Source of the DNA: an uncultured delta proteobacterium
GTDB lineage: Bacteria > Desulfobacterota > Binatia > Binatales > Binataceae
Direction: 5' to 3'
Length of the DNA stretch: 64,000 nucleotides
NCBI GenBank assembly: GCA_963842085.1
Contig: CAWJET010000001.1
Location: 160,001-224,000 of the forward strand
Every line of letters begins with the position of its first letter. Position 1 is the first letter of the stretch. The translations under genes and the position numbers were made by a program. Below, one piece after another: positions 61,975-64,000 of this stretch. Under the pieces are notes generated by a model that made no database searches, was not told the DNA's origin, and saw only the letters and a list, made by a program, of their open reading frames with translations.

Positions 61975-63339
61975 CTATTCGCCCGGCCGCGCGACGACGG
62001 CCGCCGCCGCGGCTCGTCCCGAAATTACCGCGCTCTCAATCGTCGCCGGCAGATCTGTTTGTATCCAGTCGCCTGCCAGGAAGAAGTTCGCGATCGGCGT
62101 TTTCGCGGTCGGGCGCAGTTCGTGCGATCGAAGGTCGGGCGCCATCGTGGCGTTCTTCTCCTTGAGCACCAGCGACTTCAGCACTTTGGCTGCGCGCGAT
62201 GCTGGAATCATCGCGTGCAGATCGTCGAGCACGATATCGAGGATTTCCTGGTTACTGCGGTCGACCAGTTTGCGCGCGCCGCTGATGACGAAGCTCAAGT
62301 AACCCGGATGCGACTCGCCGCGTTGCGCGAAGATCTGACGTTTGTTGAATAGCCACTGGGTAGTAGTGCCGATAAACCCAATGAATGGTGAATTAGTCAC
62401 TTCCCGATCAAACCATACATGAACACAGATGATTGGCGAGCTCGAAAGACCGGTGAAGCGCGAGAAAAACGGAGCGGCGACCGCGCTTTCAGGCAGGAAC
62501 CGGAGAAGCTGAGGCGCGGGGACGGCGCTGATGAAGTCGGACGCCTCGATTCGTCGCCCGTCGCGCAGCCGCACGCTGGTGACATGGCCACGCGGGCCAA
62601 GCTCCAGCATCTCGACAACCGAATGCAAAACCACTTGCCCGCCGGCGCGCTCGATCAGCCGCTTCGCGCCCGTGCAGTACAAGTCGCTCAGCCCGACGCG
62701 TGAATAAACGAAGGCCGAATCGCTGCGGCGCGAAAAAAATGCGCGCTTGAGAACCTCGGCCAATAGCTGCGCCGACGACGAATCCGGCTCGTCGTTCAGC
62801 GTCGCGATCGACAGCGGGTACCAGAAGCACCGGCGCGCGCGCTCCGATTGCCGCAGCCGATCCATAAGTTGCGCGACAGTGAGACGACGCAGTTCACCGC
62901 CGCCTGACCGCCTCATCGCAAGCATGCGCAGTCCGCCGCGCATAACGCCGATCCGCTCCGCGACACCAAGATGCCGATAGCCAAGCAAAGCAGCCGTCAT
63001 GTGCAAAGGTCCGGGCAGCCGCGCCGTTTTCAGGATCGCGCTCTGTCCGGGTCCCGCGAGCATTTCGATTTCCAAATCCTCGCGAAAAACCAACTGGCCG
63101 TAGGCGCCGATTCGCTTGAGGAAGTCGAGCGTCTCGCCGTAACAACCCATCAGGACATGCTGTCCATTGTCTACGAAATCGCCGGTCTCCGGGTCGGCGA
63201 ACGAATACGCACGCCCGCCGAGCGCGGGTTTCCCTTCAAGCACCGCGACCCGCACGCCGCATTCCGCGAGCGCCACCGCCGCGCTCAGTCCGGCGAACCC
63301 GGCACCGATGACGACCGCGTCTTTCTTCTCCCATGGCAT
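61975..63339 (-). CDS. hpnE: Hydroxysqualene dehydroxylase
   Basis: GAGFAGL, GGRAYS, DNGQHVLMG and LPATIESAVISG. TAATG overlap with hpnD. Confidence 0.9.
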   Translation of the reverse strand: MPWEKKDAVVIGAGFAGLSAAVALAECGVRVAVLEGKPALGGRAYSFADPETGDFVDNGQHVLMGCYGETLDFLKRIGAYGQLVFREDLEIEMLAGPGQSAILKTARLPGPLHMTAALLGYRHLGVAERIGVMRGGLRMLAMRRSGGGELRRLTVAQLMDRLRQSERARRCFWYPLSIATLNDEPDSSSAQLLAEVLKRAFFSRRSDSAFVYSRVGLSDLYCTGAKRLIERAGGQVVLHSVVEMLELGPRGHVTSVRLRDGRRIEASDFISAVPAPQLLRFLPESAVAAPFFSRFTGLSSSPIICVHVWFDREVTNSPFIGFIGTTTQWLFNKRQIFAQRGESHPGYLSFVISGARKLVDRSNQEILDIVLDDLHAMIPASRAAKVLKSLVLKEKNATMAPDLRSHELRPTAKTPIANFFLAGDWIQTDLPATIESAVISGRAAAAAVVARPGE

Positions 63340-64000
63340 TATCCGCGCAGCGCGCTGAAGCGCCCCTCCGCCCACGCGCGGCCGACCAGGTAGAGCTTGT
63401 GCGGCGCAGACAGGCTTTGGCGGCGGTCAAGCACGCGATAGTTTGACTTGATGATTCGTCCGAGCAATGCGGCGTAGATCAGCCGCATCGCTTCCGCCGT
63501 CAGCAGCGTCGCGCGATCTTCGGCCGCGAGTTCGCTCTGCGCCAGCGCGTAGAGTTCCCGCGCGCGCCGCGCCTCGAAGTCCATCAGGCTGACGAAGTTG
63601 GGCGAGTACACGCCGCGGAGAATTTCCTCCTCGCTCACGTTGAATCGAGCGAGGTCTTCCAGCGGAAGATAAATCCGCCCGCGCTCAGCGTCCTCGCGCA
63701 CGTCGCGCAAAATGTTGGTCAATTGAAGCGCCAGGCCGAGGTTCTCCGCATACAGTTTGGCCGACGGATTGCGGTAGCCGAATATCTCGATGCAGATGAG
63801 GCCCAGCGCCGACGCGACGCGATAACAGTACGGCCGCAGCTCTGCCCAGGTTTGATAGCGCTTGCGCGAGAGATCCATCTCGACGCCGTTGATTATTTCC
63901 TCGAACAGCTCGCGCGGGATTTTAAAGCGCCGCGCACTGTCGGCGAGCGCGCGTGACAACGCGCGCGTCGGCGTGCCCGCATACACGCGGTCAAGTTCCT
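63339..64000 (-). CDS. hpnD: Presqualene diphosphate synthase (squalene/phytoene synthase family), 5' end outside window
   Basis: YCYRVAS and ALQLTNILRDVREDAERGRIYLP, directly upstream of hpnE. Confidence 0.85.
   Translation of the reverse strand, partial: ELDRVYAGTPTRALSRALADSARRFKIPRELFEEIINGVEMDLSRKRYQTWAELRPYCYRVASALGLICIEIFGYRNPSAKLYAENLGLALQLTNILRDVREDAERGRIYLPLEDLARFNVSEEEILRGVYSPNFVSLMDFEARRARELYALAQSELAAEDRATLLTAEAMRLIYAALLGRIIKSNYRVLDRRQSLSAPHKLYLVGRAWAEGRFSALRG

Overview
This is a GC-rich, densely coding stretch of core bacterial chromosome. Gene content and style suggest a Binatota-like or deltaproteobacteria-like lineage, which is an inference only. Two parS sites at about 52.8 kb suggest an origin-proximal position. 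Main blocks in order: 2-oxoacid:ferredoxin oxidoreductase alpha/beta, acylphosphatase and ligA; a stand-alone GIY-YIG nuclease enclosed by inverted structured repeats that also occur as solo or doublet copies; a nitroreductase-rhodanese-PduO-MBL operon; a frameshifted YiiX-like gene; accC-accB-aroQ, rsmI and purU; an 11-subunit complex I operon (nuoABCDHIJKLMN, no nuoEFG) preceded by three small zinc-ribbon genes; assorted metabolic genes; an ArsR-VOC-SRPBCC-SRPBCC-BNR-MoaD operon; hpnR; several unannotated micro-ORFs; pepN; and a hopanoid cluster (hpnK, hpnG, SDR, CruF-like, hpnA, hpnE, partial hpnD). I saw no tRNA, rRNA, CRISPR array, transposase or integrase. The most unusual signals are three intergenic repeat families (one tied to the GIY-YIG gene), zinc-ribbon proteins with an IF1-like N-terminal helix next to nuoA, and a micro-ORF cassette with a SEC-C-like motif. 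All protein calls are by motif recognition, without database searches.
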